From Ekhidna sp. (GTDB lineage Bacteria > Bacteroidota > Bacteroidia > Cytophagales > Cyclobacteriaceae), in NCBI GenBank assembly GCA_014323825.1, contig JACONI010000072.1:5398-69397 (forward strand): 64,000 nt of DNA, written 5' to 3'. The notes under the pieces are model-generated. The model saw nothing but the letters and a program-made list of their open reading frames with translations. It had not been told where the DNA came from and made no database searches. Numbering within the stretch: position 1 is the stretch's first letter; every line of letters begins with the position of its first letter. The translations under genes and the position numbers were made by a program. Below are positions 47,801 to 56,895 of this stretch, piece by piece.

Positions 47801-50800
47801 CAAACCTCTTCTCCTTTGCACTCCGGCGCAGGCGCGGTATACCCGTCGCAAACGATGGAACAACCCCGGTACATGAGGATGTCAGATACAACAATGCAGG
47901 AGTAACCACTACTACCGTAACCGGAATTCCGCGTGGAAATTACATCATGGAAATCACCGACGAAACCTCAGGATGCTCAATAGATCACCCGTTTGCTATC
48001 CGTGATGAGCCGGAAACGCTAACACTCAATACAACCGCTATTGATGCGTCCATAAACCCTAATAACTCATGTAACCCCGCAAACTACACAGGTACAGCTA
48101 CCGTCAATGTGGCTGATATTACCAACGGTGCAGGAACAGCCCTGACAGACTACTCCTTCTCCTGGGCTGCTGCTGCGGACCCTGCAACAGAAATTGATGA
48201 TGATGATGTCCTTGATGATGATGTATCCGGCAACACCGGTGTGGAAGACGGAGATTACATCCTCATCGTAACCGACCGGATAACCGGTTGTGTGTCTGCC
48301 GCTGCTAATTTCACCGTACCGGAAAATTCACCTTCGATTACATCCACGACTAATGTACTTCAGGACAACTTTAGTTGTAATGTGGCTGCACCAACCGGAA
48401 GTGCAACACTCACAATTGCTGAAGGTCCCAACTCCAATTATTCATTTGCCTGGTATCAGGGGACATCGGCAACAGGCCCTGTAATTGATACGGATGATCA
48501 AATTGACAATCAATTACATGGAACTTATACCGTTCGAATAACCGATAATGCCACAAGTTGTACCGAGACTGCCTCGGTAGTTATTGGAGAATTTGCTCCA
48601 ACACTAAGCATCGGTAGTTCTTCAAGCGGAGACCATTCGGATTGTTATCCTGCAAATGGTGATGTTACGGTCACACCGAACCTGACATTTACTCCGGCCG
48701 GACCTCCGACAGGATTTGCCGCTGCATATACCTATCAATGGTATTTTGGCACGAGTGCGACCCTCGGCAATGAACTTTTAGAAGGTATGGACCCGGGTAA
48801 CCTCTCTACACCTACAAATGTCACAACTAATAATGTGACCGGACTTGCTGCCGGTGACTACACCGTTGTCATTACAGAGACACAAACCGGATGTGTGAGC
48901 GGCATAGAGACCGTCACCGTAGCTGATGAAGTTTCGCCTTACAAACCCACGATCACTTTTACATCGAATATCATTCCAAGTTCTTGTGATGCCCTCAACG
49001 GACGAATTACCGCTGAAATAACCGGAATGCCTGCCGGTCCCAGTGCATCAGGTGGTGGTGTCGGTTTTTCTTTTGAGTGGTATGAAGGGGCACAGAATTT
49101 TGCAACGCTTGCTACGACCGGTTCCGGGACAGAACTTGAAACAGGAGATAACCTTGTAGCAGCTCCGGGGACTACTGTGACGGTCACCAATACCGGTGGA
49201 ACAGGCTTAGGAGCAGAAACCACACTAGACGCAATAATCTCCGGACTCTACACACTGGTGACCATTGATAATACAACCGGATGTAGATTCTCCGATATTT
49301 ATGAATTAGGTTTTGCCGGCCAGCAGGTAACCACAACACTGACCGTAGAGAATGTAGAGGAATGCCCGGATAATGGAACCGCAAGAGTAGGATTAGCAGA
49401 CAACATCATTTTAACGGTAAGTGCTGCGTCAGGCACGTTCACGGTTGGAGAACCCTTTACAACCCTCGGTGGTGCTTCCGGTACAATAGCATCGGATAGG
49501 GGTCTAGGCGAGGTGCAAATTGCCCTTGACGGAGCTACTGTACCAGTTGTTGGTGAAACAATAACAGAAACATCAAGTGGAGAAAACGCAACTATTGATG
49601 CTGTAAATAACGTTGATTATGCAACGGGACTCAGACACTTCGATGATATAAGTCAATATTTAATTTATCTGTATGCAGGAACCGGGGTTCCCGCTGATCC
49701 CTTCGCCCCATATACGTATGCCGGTCGTTCGTTCCCATATACTTATGATCCGGCCACCGGTGAGATATTAGATGGAAACGGAGATGCATTGGCCGGCAGT
49801 CCGGGCCCGGTTCTCAATGCCGGACAAGAAGCAGAATTTCCTGAATTGCCCGCAGGGGATTATGTAGCCATCGCTCGGGAAATTCTAAATCCGGCATTCA
49901 ACCCGGGCTCTACTTCACAATGCTGGACAGCAGCATCGCTGGACGAAGAAATACTTGATCTGGCTTATGAACCAATTATCCAAAGCAGGACTGTTACCAA
50001 CAATACAAATTGCGATATTACTAATGGCAATGGAGCGATATCACTTACGGTCATTGAAAATCCGGCTGAAAACAGAAACCCTCCGGCAAATCGGCAGCCT
50101 AACGGCTACCGGTTCACATGGTTAAGAGTTATAGATGGAACAATCATTCGAAATGTAGATACTCCCGCTGAAACGGCCATATTTACTCAAACAGACCTCA
50201 ATGCCGGTGATTATACCGTAACCATCCAAAGGTTGGGCGGACCCGGCGGCACTCCTAATAATTGTGAGACCTCTGTCACAATCACTGTCGGGAATAATCC
50301 TGAACAACATCTCATTACAGGTGCAACGATAGGTGCAAATGATGACTGTAATCCGTTAGACGGTTCAATCGTAATCAATGATACTGATGTCACAGATAAT
50401 ACTAATGATTATAGATTTACCTGGTACACTACATACATCGCTGATGGAGATCCCGGTAATGTTCTGCTCCCGGATGCTAACGTTGATGGCGGTCTGAATG
50501 GAGATATAAATGCAAGCAGCGTGTCCGACTTGGAAAGCGGCACTTACTCTGTACAGGCGGTGCATGTTACTAAAACATGTATAACCAATGTCTTTGAGGT
50601 TGAAGTGGACGATAATCGTTTAGACCCTGCTTTCAATGTGGCACAAACAGCCCGGGACATCGTCTGTGACGATGCTGCCTATACCCCTACCGGACAAGCT
50701 ACTCTGACCATTACCAATGGACTGCCAGCCAATCCTGCTGATTACACCATCTCATGGTTTGAGGATGCGGCCGAAACTCAACTACTTGATGGTTCGGGTG

Positions 50801-53800
50801 CCGTTGACGCACCGCTATTTTCTCTTAATAACAGCGTTGCAGACCAACTCCCCGAAGGTACCTATTACGTCCGAATCGAAGATAATGTCACCCCCGGCGA
50901 CGGATGTATAAGTGCATTGCAGTCTGTGACCATCGATCAGTTCAATACGACCATCTCCGTTACTAATTCCGATGTAACCCACAACATTAACTGCGACCCG
51001 GACAACGGGCGAATTCAGGTCAATGACATCTCCGAAGACAGACCGGGTATTGCTCCCCTTACCGTTTCAGGAGGGGGAATCGCATTAACCAACTATGACT
51101 TTACCTGGTTAGAAGGTGATGCTGCTACTCCTGTGGCTGTACCATCCGTTACTTTCTTGCAAAGCGGCGGTGGAGCAGCTGCCAATGGCGGTGCGGATGC
51201 AAGTGTTGCGGCCGGATTGCCTACAGGCACTTATTACCTGCAAATCGAAAACAATACAACCGGATGTGAAAGCGAACTCATCGAATTCTCTATTGAAGAT
51301 AACACAGCCATTCCTACTTTCAATGTGGCACAAACAGCCCGGGACATTGTCTGTGACGATGCTGCCTACACTCCTACCGGACAAGCTACTCTGACCATTA
51401 CCAATGGACTGCCAGCCAATCCTGCTGATTACACCATCTCATGGTTTGAGGATGCGGCCGAAACTCAACCACTTGACGGAACTCCCGCAGGTACGGTCGT
51501 CTCCGAAACGCTAACTGCCAATAACACAAGAATCGATGGGCTCCCCGCAGGTACCTATTACGTCCGAATCGAAGATAATGTCACCCCCGGAGACGGATGT
51601 AGAAGTGTACGGCAGTCTGTGACCATTGATCAGTTCAATACGACCATCTCCGTTACTAATTCCAATGTAACCCACAACACTAACTGCGACCCGGACAACG
51701 GGCGAATTCAGGTCAATGACATCTCCGAAGACAGACCGGGGGGTGTTACCCTTAGCGTTTCAGGAGGTACAGTCGCATTAACTGACTATAACTTTACTTG
51801 GTTAGAGGAAGATGCAGCTACTCTCGTGGCCGTAGCTGCATTCCCATCCGTTACTTTCGAGCTAAGCGGAGGTGGAGCGGCTGCCAATGGCGGTCCTGAT
51901 GCCAGCGTTGTGGACGGATTGCCTACAGGCACTTATTATCTACAGCTTGAGAACAATACAACCGGATGTGAAAGCGACCTCATCGAATTCTTTATTGACG
52001 AGGAGGCGGAAGACCCCGTCATCAATCTTGAATCAAAAAATCCGGACACCTTCTGTGCCGGAAATAATCGGGGTGACGGAACACTGGCCGTAAACATTTT
52101 CTACGATGGAGCTCAAATTGATAACCCGACTACAAATGCAGCAGAGTACGTGGTAGAATGGTACCGCGGAACATTTCGTTCAAGACCTGCTGCCGGTACC
52201 GGAGATGCTTCTTTCCTATTTGACAATCAAGGAAATGTAGGTACGGTACCTAATATCGGGGATGCTGCTCAAGGGGCTGATATCTCCGTCCTTTCAGGAC
52301 TTGCAGATGGTACTTACAGTGTATATGTCAATAAAACAGGAACCGAACCCTATACAGGTTGTAATACCATTGCGACCTTTACCATTGATCCAAATGATGA
52401 TTACTACTTCCTTGCCATTGATTTCATTCAGAGTGAAGTAGAAGCGGATACAATCTGCACCGGGACTCCCAGTGGGACAATAACTATTAATGATGCAAGT
52501 ATCACCGGAAATCTCAATGATTTTACGATTGAAGTTCGAGAAGGTTCCGTTACCGGAGCGCATATCGGAGCTTCTCCTTTTACAAACAATGGCTCTCCGG
52601 AAATTAGAATTACAGGTTTAACAGCCAATGAATATTTTATCTTAGGAACCCATACCGGAACGGGCTGTAGAATACCTACCGGTTCTGTGATCATTGAAGA
52701 TCTTCAGGAAGCCCCCATTATTTCGTTAGTTAGCATGGAGCCGGATGAAAATTGTGGAACCAGTGCCATGGTCGGGGAATTAGAAGTTTTGGTAAATGGC
52801 GGTGAAGACCATACAAATCCAAGATTGTCATTCCAATGGGTAAATGATGCTACCGGAAATAACGTATCTGCTGACTTCATTGGTGTTACAGACACAGAAG
52901 CGACTCTAACCGGAGTCCCTGGTGGTGATTATTCAGTGACCGTTACCGCTAACTTACCAACTGATACGCCTCCGAGTACCGGTTGCTCTGCAACCGCATC
53001 TTACACGATACTCACCGAAATGCCTCTCCCAAGCATTGAGGATATTGACATAACACCTAACAACATTTGTGATGATGACGGAGATGATACACCAGCCAAG
53101 ACCGGTTCATTCCAAGTCCTTAGAGTGAATTATGAAGGAGCAAGTGCTGCACCGACCGCAGGGGAATATACGCTGACTGTATTTGAAAGTAACGGAACAA
53201 CACAGGTTGCTGCACCCGACGATGCCGCTAACCCGGTGTCAAACTTAGATGCGGGCACTTACTTCGCATCTATTGAAAGGGTAAGTACATCCTGTGCTTC
53301 TGAACTCCTGCAATTTGAAATAGAGAATAATGTGCTAAAACCACTGATCGCTATTGATCTTATGACTGCGGACCCAACCTGTACTGCCGGTTTTACTTCG
53401 GAAGGAACACTACGTGCTACGGCTACATTAAATGACGGAAGCGGTCCTTTTGATGATACGAATACGGACTATACGTTCCAGTGGTATGACGGGGCAGGAA
53501 CCGGTACAGTACTCACCGGAGAAACAAGCTCTACGATTAGTAACTTGGATGCAGGAACCTACACGGTAGAAGTTGAGCGAGTGTCTACAGGTTGTGTTAC
53601 TACTCAAGAGTTCGAACTACCGAATGTACCCGTCACCGTTGAAATATTAAGGGCAGATACCGTTAGCTCTACAAACTGTAATGGAAATGGAAGCATTACA
53701 GTTGCTTCCGTAAGTAGAGATAATGTCACTGATTACGATTTTGATTATTATGATACCGACCCGACTTCAGGGTCTCCTGCTCCGGTCTTTGCATCTACCT

Positions 53801-55605
53801 TAGGAGGTGCGTACAACACCGCAGTTCCCGGTACCTATTGGATCATCGGAACTAATACAATTGTTGGATGTACAACACTGCCACTCCAAGTTGTAATCGG
53901 TGAAAACTTTGAGTATCCAACAATCACACTTGAAGAATTTGACAACCCGTCAAATTGTGACCCCGATATGCCTGACGGGAGACTACGCGTTTTAGCAAAT
54001 GGAGAAGAAGAAGGTACGAATTATGACTTTGAATGGTATTTTGGAGATGATACTACCAACCCTCTGACCTCTGATGACTATACCGGAGGCGCGGAATTGG
54101 CAGGAGCAAACACAAATGAGGTTACCGGAGTTGCAGCCGGTACCTATACGGTAGAGGTTACTGACTTAAATACGGGATGTACAATTACCCGGACGGAGAG
54201 ATTACAGGATGATAACCCTAATCCAATAGCAATTTCAACAAGTTCGTCAGCTAACACCAACTGCGTCAGTTTTAACGGATCAGCAGCTGCATCCGTAATT
54301 ACTTTTGCTCGTGGAAGAAGAGTGAATGATTACAGTTTTTACTGGTTCACGGGAGATTTGGCAGCAGTGGGTACAAGCCCGGATACTACGGCTGCGGATT
54401 TCAAAGGAACACTGGTTCAAAATCTCCGGGAAGGTGAGTATGTCGTTTTAGCTGTTGATAAAACTGACCTTTTCTGTCAGTCCGACGCAACTCAGGTTAC
54501 CGTTGAAGATGGAACCAACAGAGAGTCCATCCCATACACACTTAATATTAATAATGTAACGGTTTGTTTTGATCAGAAGAACGGAGGTGCTAATCTGGCA
54601 TTCATCAATCCCATCAATGCAACAACAACTTCAATAGAATGGCAGGATGAGAGTGGTAATAAGATCGGCAGTTCGTTGACCAACAGTGAATTCGTGATCG
54701 ACAGCCTTGAAGTAGGTACTTACAAAATGGTCTTGACTGATAATAATACGCTATGCACAACGAATGAGATATTTGATATCACAGATGAGTCCATGCCTCC
54801 AAGTGCCCCAACTGTTCAGGTTATTAATAACAGAACGAACTGTGCGGAGGCAAATGGAAGTGCTGTCGCAAACGTAGCCGGATCAACGCTAAATATGTTC
54901 TTTGAATGGTTTGATCCAACTAATATGAACACACCGGTGTTTACCGGCAGTAGTGTTTCAGTTTTAGACTCGATAACTTATCTGGTTCGAGCAACTAATT
55001 TGAACACAGGATGTATTTCTCCACTTACTCAGGTCGAAATTCTTTATCAGATTACCGATCCGGTATTCTCCATAGAAGTAGAAAGCTCCCTGTGTCTTAG
55101 AACAGAAGACGGAGTTCTTAATCAATTTACCGGCACTGCAATCGTAAACTTTGCTGAATTTAACGATGCTTCCCTATCATCTTATGAATGGATTTTCCTC
55201 GAAACAAACGAAGTGGTTGGTATGGGAACGAGACTGATAGATGCAATTCCGGGGAATTATGGCGTTCGTTTTACAGCAGATAATGGCTGCGAATACTATG
55301 ATGAATTTGAACTGGGAATTGACTTAAGCATTTATAACGGCGTTTCCGCTAATGGAGACGGAAAGAATGACTTCTTCCTGATCGATTGCGTGGACTTATT
55401 CCCTAACAATAATGTGAAGATATTTAACAGAGCAGGCCAAAAAATTTATGACGTAGATACTTATAATAATACTTCAACCAGGTTTGAGGGTGTTAGTAAC
55501 GTTGGTGCCGGAGGACTTGTGCTGCCGGTAGGAACTTACTTCTATCTGATAGATTTAGGTACCGGAGGAGACCTAATTCAGGGGTATTTAGAATTAGTAA
55601 GGTAA
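41833..55605 (+). CDS. Giant (4590 aa) SprB-like T9SS type-B surface protein or adhesin
   Basis: Signal peptide (ASA|Q), EICNNKIDDDGDGMVDC Cys/Asp motif, FG-GAP propeller, dozens of Cys-paired Ig repeats (F.WY.G...Y.V.V.D..TGC), CTD IYNGVSANGDGKNDFFLI...GTYFYLIDLG...GYLELVR, followed by PorP/SprF. Confidence 0.92.
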   Translation: MNNYLQILLTIIFTFVTFLASAQTEICNNKIDDDGDGMVDCFDGDCSTNNDCDGFFFGNAVSCSDEIEVSTFAIRQQWTSDNETATSHATPVVGDLDLNGIPEVISVNNRGTLDLFVLNGATGETIAAADIGFVPENTPVIADVNNDDAGDIIVAQDKGNNLALYNVNIDNGTLTLVWRERASRNMGVGTPGVADFDEDGDVEIYYRNEIMNASDGSILIAGDPGGNWVRKYISQPIAADIFDSGDCPDCAGLELITGNEIWSINEAAGTRQIVADLDDVIHDDIDANLNYYPAYEPGVSSNNFSSASIADYNLDGNLDVILSGKIGENIANAETAVFFWDVANQNVITWDDGKNFKNGTGRINIGDVDGDGRLNASFVMDQKLISLDENFNFHWDFSIDEGSSGYSGCSLFDFEGDGSTEIVYRSEELLLILRGEAGLSDVDRVRKSIACRSRTQEEYPVIADVDGDGNSEICVACYFDNTLSFDPYNNTQFSSIRVYESNGEAWMPARRVWNQHGYYNVNINDDLTIPKEIQDHAVKFANPGTCQYADGTPIPFDSKPLNTFLNQAPILNEQGCVEFVSPDINFVSVIRADPVACPDATTEVEFQLTNSGEADISGNLPVSYYSGDPTTPNATLLDTEVTLLENFQVGETMNVTQNVTALGGEYQLYVVINDNGSTPPISVPPPTATIPECNTANNIGSTAVTFLTFTLQTEVLSSNEKCADSYFADTNSDGIDEEIIIPDNGAARAYYRGTIPGSTGTFWLENFEDSNAGDTDDTGATSWSSDPGTITPDFYGVAEEDGGKWFQARHTGDEDDEGVVTWTSETIDISGHTDISLFIDLYETGQLESSGRNRDFIRAEYILRNNSNTITASGTLDNGEHYGNFDYARASLTNINDAGQNNSSLTIIVSMHNSSSNESHYIDNIELQGTTTSTPAELTEGDGFEFYWYDAADTDYSDLLNNTSTFSQMDGGQYNVLGYFPATDCYSDTTTVTIPESTTTIYVWAYQEAPNTNCETPNGITAAFVYTSTQDGTFPATAANIPLDTLKTADGYTFTWFFEGDAATAIGTGDRLTNRNQTGYTVEVFQPSTGCTSSTNVDVTSTNTQITGVNKQIRNITECEGLGWLGANVGGSVSGFTFYWYDGTSIKPTPDFVGVLYYPLYDQGDFLLVVEDDISKCTSAPIPFRLEDESPAPTPTASLFTNNTSCVAGNGIVTADGDGSGTVAGYTFEWFLGDNTLASNALPGDAAPGAFLQNDNPYELGGLKEATYTVRVTEDATGCAETRTVRVNDAPTSLMINNTAINTDIIIGSCDPAELGVIDASGVVLDDITAISIGNINGNFEIPDISGYTFLPQEDLPGWSTTATDNEVELWNDGTFGVDAFEGEQFAEILANEIGALYFDLSTVPGSLFSWAFAHRGRANGRAPGRGPRDSLRVSIGNPSAVLRQGDFGTGTTAWEVYSGTYVVPDDQFVTRFQFESLDPGSVGNLIDSVSFVLLPYRFQLYEGTVASGDPDYMNVDGQFEDLDPGNYVLVVNDNLTGCAAVEIPITITREETAPVIPAPAITHDAHCKDDAGAIEISAASTPEPATYTYELFDGHSFATQIGPAQTAASGTSFTFDNIGPGDYRVRVTNDATLCTSFVDEIINDATVIPVFNTSYVLNHNTSCNPLNPNGQIIVSIDISGYNPNNYNFSWYEGSSVATGTPLPARSGVGANSLSDLSEGDFTVVAENISDGCETMELTIPLLDQPFVPDVLLTQDNPDTSCDVGNGQLSALVNNDPNSSGSAPFYNNYTFEWYYNGTGPITAGSDLGNNSNVSFSGTNNSTISGLSGDLNEYSVTVMHNDLECNTTERIILTEDLNVPTITAVPASNTTCIPAAATGTITVTNDIPTATDRYYYYRSDGTLVTDAAPVSGSSTDNVSGLTDDTYKVVAETNLGCTSDTLTVVVGLTEPTLGAGESGLTNNTVCDPAGNDPGSPDANGAVTFTPTGGTGTNLFSFALRRRRGIPVANDGTTPVHEDVRYNNAGVTTTTVTGIPRGNYIMEITDETSGCSIDHPFAIRDEPETLTLNTTAIDASINPNNSCNPANYTGTATVNVADITNGAGTALTDYSFSWAAAADPATEIDDDDVLDDDVSGNTGVEDGDYILIVTDRITGCVSAAANFTVPENSPSITSTTNVLQDNFSCNVAAPTGSATLTIAEGPNSNYSFAWYQGTSATGPVIDTDDQIDNQLHGTYTVRITDNATSCTETASVVIGEFAPTLSIGSSSSGDHSDCYPANGDVTVTPNLTFTPAGPPTGFAAAYTYQWYFGTSATLGNELLEGMDPGNLSTPTNVTTNNVTGLAAGDYTVVITETQTGCVSGIETVTVADEVSPYKPTITFTSNIIPSSCDALNGRITAEITGMPAGPSASGGGVGFSFEWYEGAQNFATLATTGSGTELETGDNLVAAPGTTVTVTNTGGTGLGAETTLDAIISGLYTLVTIDNTTGCRFSDIYELGFAGQQVTTTLTVENVEECPDNGTARVGLADNIILTVSAASGTFTVGEPFTTLGGASGTIASDRGLGEVQIALDGATVPVVGETITETSSGENATIDAVNNVDYATGLRHFDDISQYLIYLYAGTGVPADPFAPYTYAGRSFPYTYDPATGEILDGNGDALAGSPGPVLNAGQEAEFPELPAGDYVAIAREILNPAFNPGSTSQCWTAASLDEEILDLAYEPIIQSRTVTNNTNCDITNGNGAISLTVIENPAENRNPPANRQPNGYRFTWLRVIDGTIIRNVDTPAETAIFTQTDLNAGDYTVTIQRLGGPGGTPNNCETSVTITVGNNPEQHLITGATIGANDDCNPLDGSIVINDTDVTDNTNDYRFTWYTTYIADGDPGNVLLPDANVDGGLNGDINASSVSDLESGTYSVQAVHVTKTCITNVFEVEVDDNRLDPAFNVAQTARDIVCDDAAYTPTGQATLTITNGLPANPADYTISWFEDAAETQLLDGSGAVDAPLFSLNNSVADQLPEGTYYVRIEDNVTPGDGCISALQSVTIDQFNTTISVTNSDVTHNINCDPDNGRIQVNDISEDRPGIAPLTVSGGGIALTNYDFTWLEGDAATPVAVPSVTFLQSGGGAAANGGADASVAAGLPTGTYYLQIENNTTGCESELIEFSIEDNTAIPTFNVAQTARDIVCDDAAYTPTGQATLTITNGLPANPADYTISWFEDAAETQPLDGTPAGTVVSETLTANNTRIDGLPAGTYYVRIEDNVTPGDGCRSVRQSVTIDQFNTTISVTNSNVTHNTNCDPDNGRIQVNDISEDRPGGVTLSVSGGTVALTDYNFTWLEEDAATLVAVAAFPSVTFELSGGGAAANGGPDASVVDGLPTGTYYLQLENNTTGCESDLIEFFIDEEAEDPVINLESKNPDTFCAGNNRGDGTLAVNIFYDGAQIDNPTTNAAEYVVEWYRGTFRSRPAAGTGDASFLFDNQGNVGTVPNIGDAAQGADISVLSGLADGTYSVYVNKTGTEPYTGCNTIATFTIDPNDDYYFLAIDFIQSEVEADTICTGTPSGTITINDASITGNLNDFTIEVREGSVTGAHIGASPFTNNGSPEIRITGLTANEYFILGTHTGTGCRIPTGSVIIEDLQEAPIISLVSMEPDENCGTSAMVGELEVLVNGGEDHTNPRLSFQWVNDATGNNVSADFIGVTDTEATLTGVPGGDYSVTVTANLPTDTPPSTGCSATASYTILTEMPLPSIEDIDITPNNICDDDGDDTPAKTGSFQVLRVNYEGASAAPTAGEYTLTVFESNGTTQVAAPDDAANPVSNLDAGTYFASIERVSTSCASELLQFEIENNVLKPLIAIDLMTADPTCTAGFTSEGTLRATATLNDGSGPFDDTNTDYTFQWYDGAGTGTVLTGETSSTISNLDAGTYTVEVERVSTGCVTTQEFELPNVPVTVEILRADTVSSTNCNGNGSITVASVSRDNVTDYDFDYYDTDPTSGSPAPVFASTLGGAYNTAVPGTYWIIGTNTIVGCTTLPLQVVIGENFEYPTITLEEFDNPSNCDPDMPDGRLRVLANGEEEGTNYDFEWYFGDDTTNPLTSDDYTGGAELAGANTNEVTGVAAGTYTVEVTDLNTGCTITRTERLQDDNPNPIAISTSSSANTNCVSFNGSAAASVITFARGRRVNDYSFYWFTGDLAAVGTSPDTTAADFKGTLVQNLREGEYVVLAVDKTDLFCQSDATQVTVEDGTNRESIPYTLNINNVTVCFDQKNGGANLAFINPINATTTSIEWQDESGNKIGSSLTNSEFVIDSLEVGTYKMVLTDNNTLCTTNEIFDITDESMPPSAPTVQVINNRTNCAEANGSAVANVAGSTLNMFFEWFDPTNMNTPVFTGSSVSVLDSITYLVRATNLNTGCISPLTQVEILYQITDPVFSIEVESSLCLRTEDGVLNQFTGTAIVNFAEFNDASLSSYEWIFLETNEVVGMGTRLIDAIPGNYGVRFTADNGCEYYDEFELGIDLSIYNGVSANGDGKNDFFLIDCVDLFPNNNVKIFNRAGQKIYDVDTYNNTSTRFEGVSNVGAGGLVLPVGTYFYLIDLGTGGDLIQGYLELVR
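46081..46116 (+). repeat. 12-nt-period triplication (GRAN-GRAP-GRGP)
   Basis: ggaagagcaaat ggaagagcaccc ggaagaggacct. Confidence 0.75.
50630..52000 (+). repeat. Tandem duplication of a two-domain unit (~229-234 aa) in the 4590-aa gene
   Basis: ctttcaatgtggcacaaacagcccgggacat at 50630 and 51317 (offset 687); the 3' ends align with offset 702. Confidence 0.92.
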
Positions 55606-55618
55606 TTTTGAGGGGAGA

Positions 55619-56539
55619 ATGAGAAAAATATTCATTGCTGCCATCTTCTTCACCTTTAGTGTTATTGGCTTTGCACAACAAAGACCTGTGATATCCACAT
55701 ATATGTTTAACGGGTTAGCACTTAACCCTGCATACGCCGGCAGCTTGAATATTTTCAGTGCAAGTTTTATTCATAGAAAACAGTGGATCAATGTAGAAGG
55801 TGCTCCTGCCTCTAACATTTTTTCTGCAAATACCTCCTTGTATGGCAATCAGTTAGGGCTTGGAATATTATTATCAAGAGACGATATCGGTGTCCATCAG
55901 GAATCAGCATTTTATCTCAGCGGAGCTTACAAGATCAGAACCGGCGGCGGAATCCTGGCGATGGGGCTTTCAGGAGGCTTTGATAACAGAAAGTCAGACT
56001 TCAACCAGTTGAATATATTGAATGAAGATGACCAATTACTGACAGGTACACCAACGCAATTCACTCCGAATTTTGGAACGGGACTTTACTTCGCCAATCC
56101 TGTAATGTATGCCGGTATTTCAGTACCGTATATTCTTGAGAACACATTGTATGATGTTAGTGCTGAAGGTACAGTTTCCGAAGCGAAAGAAAGTAGATAT
56201 TATTATGCTACAGGTGGATTTATCTTCAGCATCAACCAAAATGTAAAATTTAGTCCATCAACCTTGATCAGATACCAAGATAACAGTCGGATTGGATGGG
56301 ATTTGAATGGAACCCTGATCTTTGACGGTATTGCGTATGCAGGCATTTCATATAGAAGCGGAGATGCGTTGATCTTCTTAACCCAATTAATATTAAATGA
56401 AAACTTCAGGATCGGATATGCCTATGACACTACAGTAAATCCACTTAATGATGCATCAAGAGGAACTCATGAAATTCTTTTGAACTATAGAATTAAAATC
56501 AACCTGACAAGAGATCCTCAGTGCCCCGTTTATTTTTGA
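55619..56539 (+). CDS. PorP/SprF-family T9SS membrane protein
   Basis: QQRPVISTYMFNGLALNPAYAG, HRKQW, RIGYAYD...GTHEILLNY; lies 13 nt after the type-B cargo. Confidence 0.93.
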   Translation: MRKIFIAAIFFTFSVIGFAQQRPVISTYMFNGLALNPAYAGSLNIFSASFIHRKQWINVEGAPASNIFSANTSLYGNQLGLGILLSRDDIGVHQESAFYLSGAYKIRTGGGILAMGLSGGFDNRKSDFNQLNILNEDDQLLTGTPTQFTPNFGTGLYFANPVMYAGISVPYILENTLYDVSAEGTVSEAKESRYYYATGGFIFSINQNVKFSPSTLIRYQDNSRIGWDLNGTLIFDGIAYAGISYRSGDALIFLTQLILNENFRIGYAYDTTVNPLNDASRGTHEILLNYRIKINLTRDPQCPVYF

Positions 56540-56892
56540 TGCTTTCCGCTTAGACCCATCAACAGTGAGTTGATTATCCACATCAGCAAGCTAAAAATAA
56601 GTGCCCACCAAAAACTATCTACAATAAATCCGGGCACTATTACATCTGTAGCCAAAATAATGATGGCATTGATTACCATAAGAAAAAGACCAAATGTGAC
56701 AACTGTAATTGGAATGGTAAGAATGATTAATAATGGTTTCACCGTTGCATTTAGCAATGAAATAATTACAGCCACAATGAATGATGTAATAAAAACTTCA
56801 AGGCTGTCCCCAATGATTGCAATACCCGGCAAAAGATAGGTTGCAATAATCACTGCTATTGTTGATAGAAATAATCTTGTAAAGAAGTTCAT
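56530..56892 (-). CDS. Phage-holin-family (superfamily IV/YvlD-like) 4-TM membrane protein
   Basis: LLPGI...A...LLNATVKPLL.ILT.PIT..TFGLF..VINA...VPGF....FWWA..FS. Confidence 0.85.
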   Translation of the reverse strand: MNFFTRLFLSTIAVIIATYLLPGIAIIGDSLEVFITSFIVAVIISLLNATVKPLLIILTIPITVVTFGLFLMVINAIIILATDVIVPGFIVDSFWWALIFSLLMWIINSLLMGLSGKHQK

Positions 56893-56895
56893 ATC

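Noticed and set aside
41847-55681. Small ORFs overlapping the 4590-aa gene
   Set aside because: Same shadow-ORF effect; no independent evidence.
56530-56892. Holin-family gene as a prophage marker
   Set aside because: No endolysin, integrase or structural genes nearby; this family is common as a stand-alone chromosomal gene.
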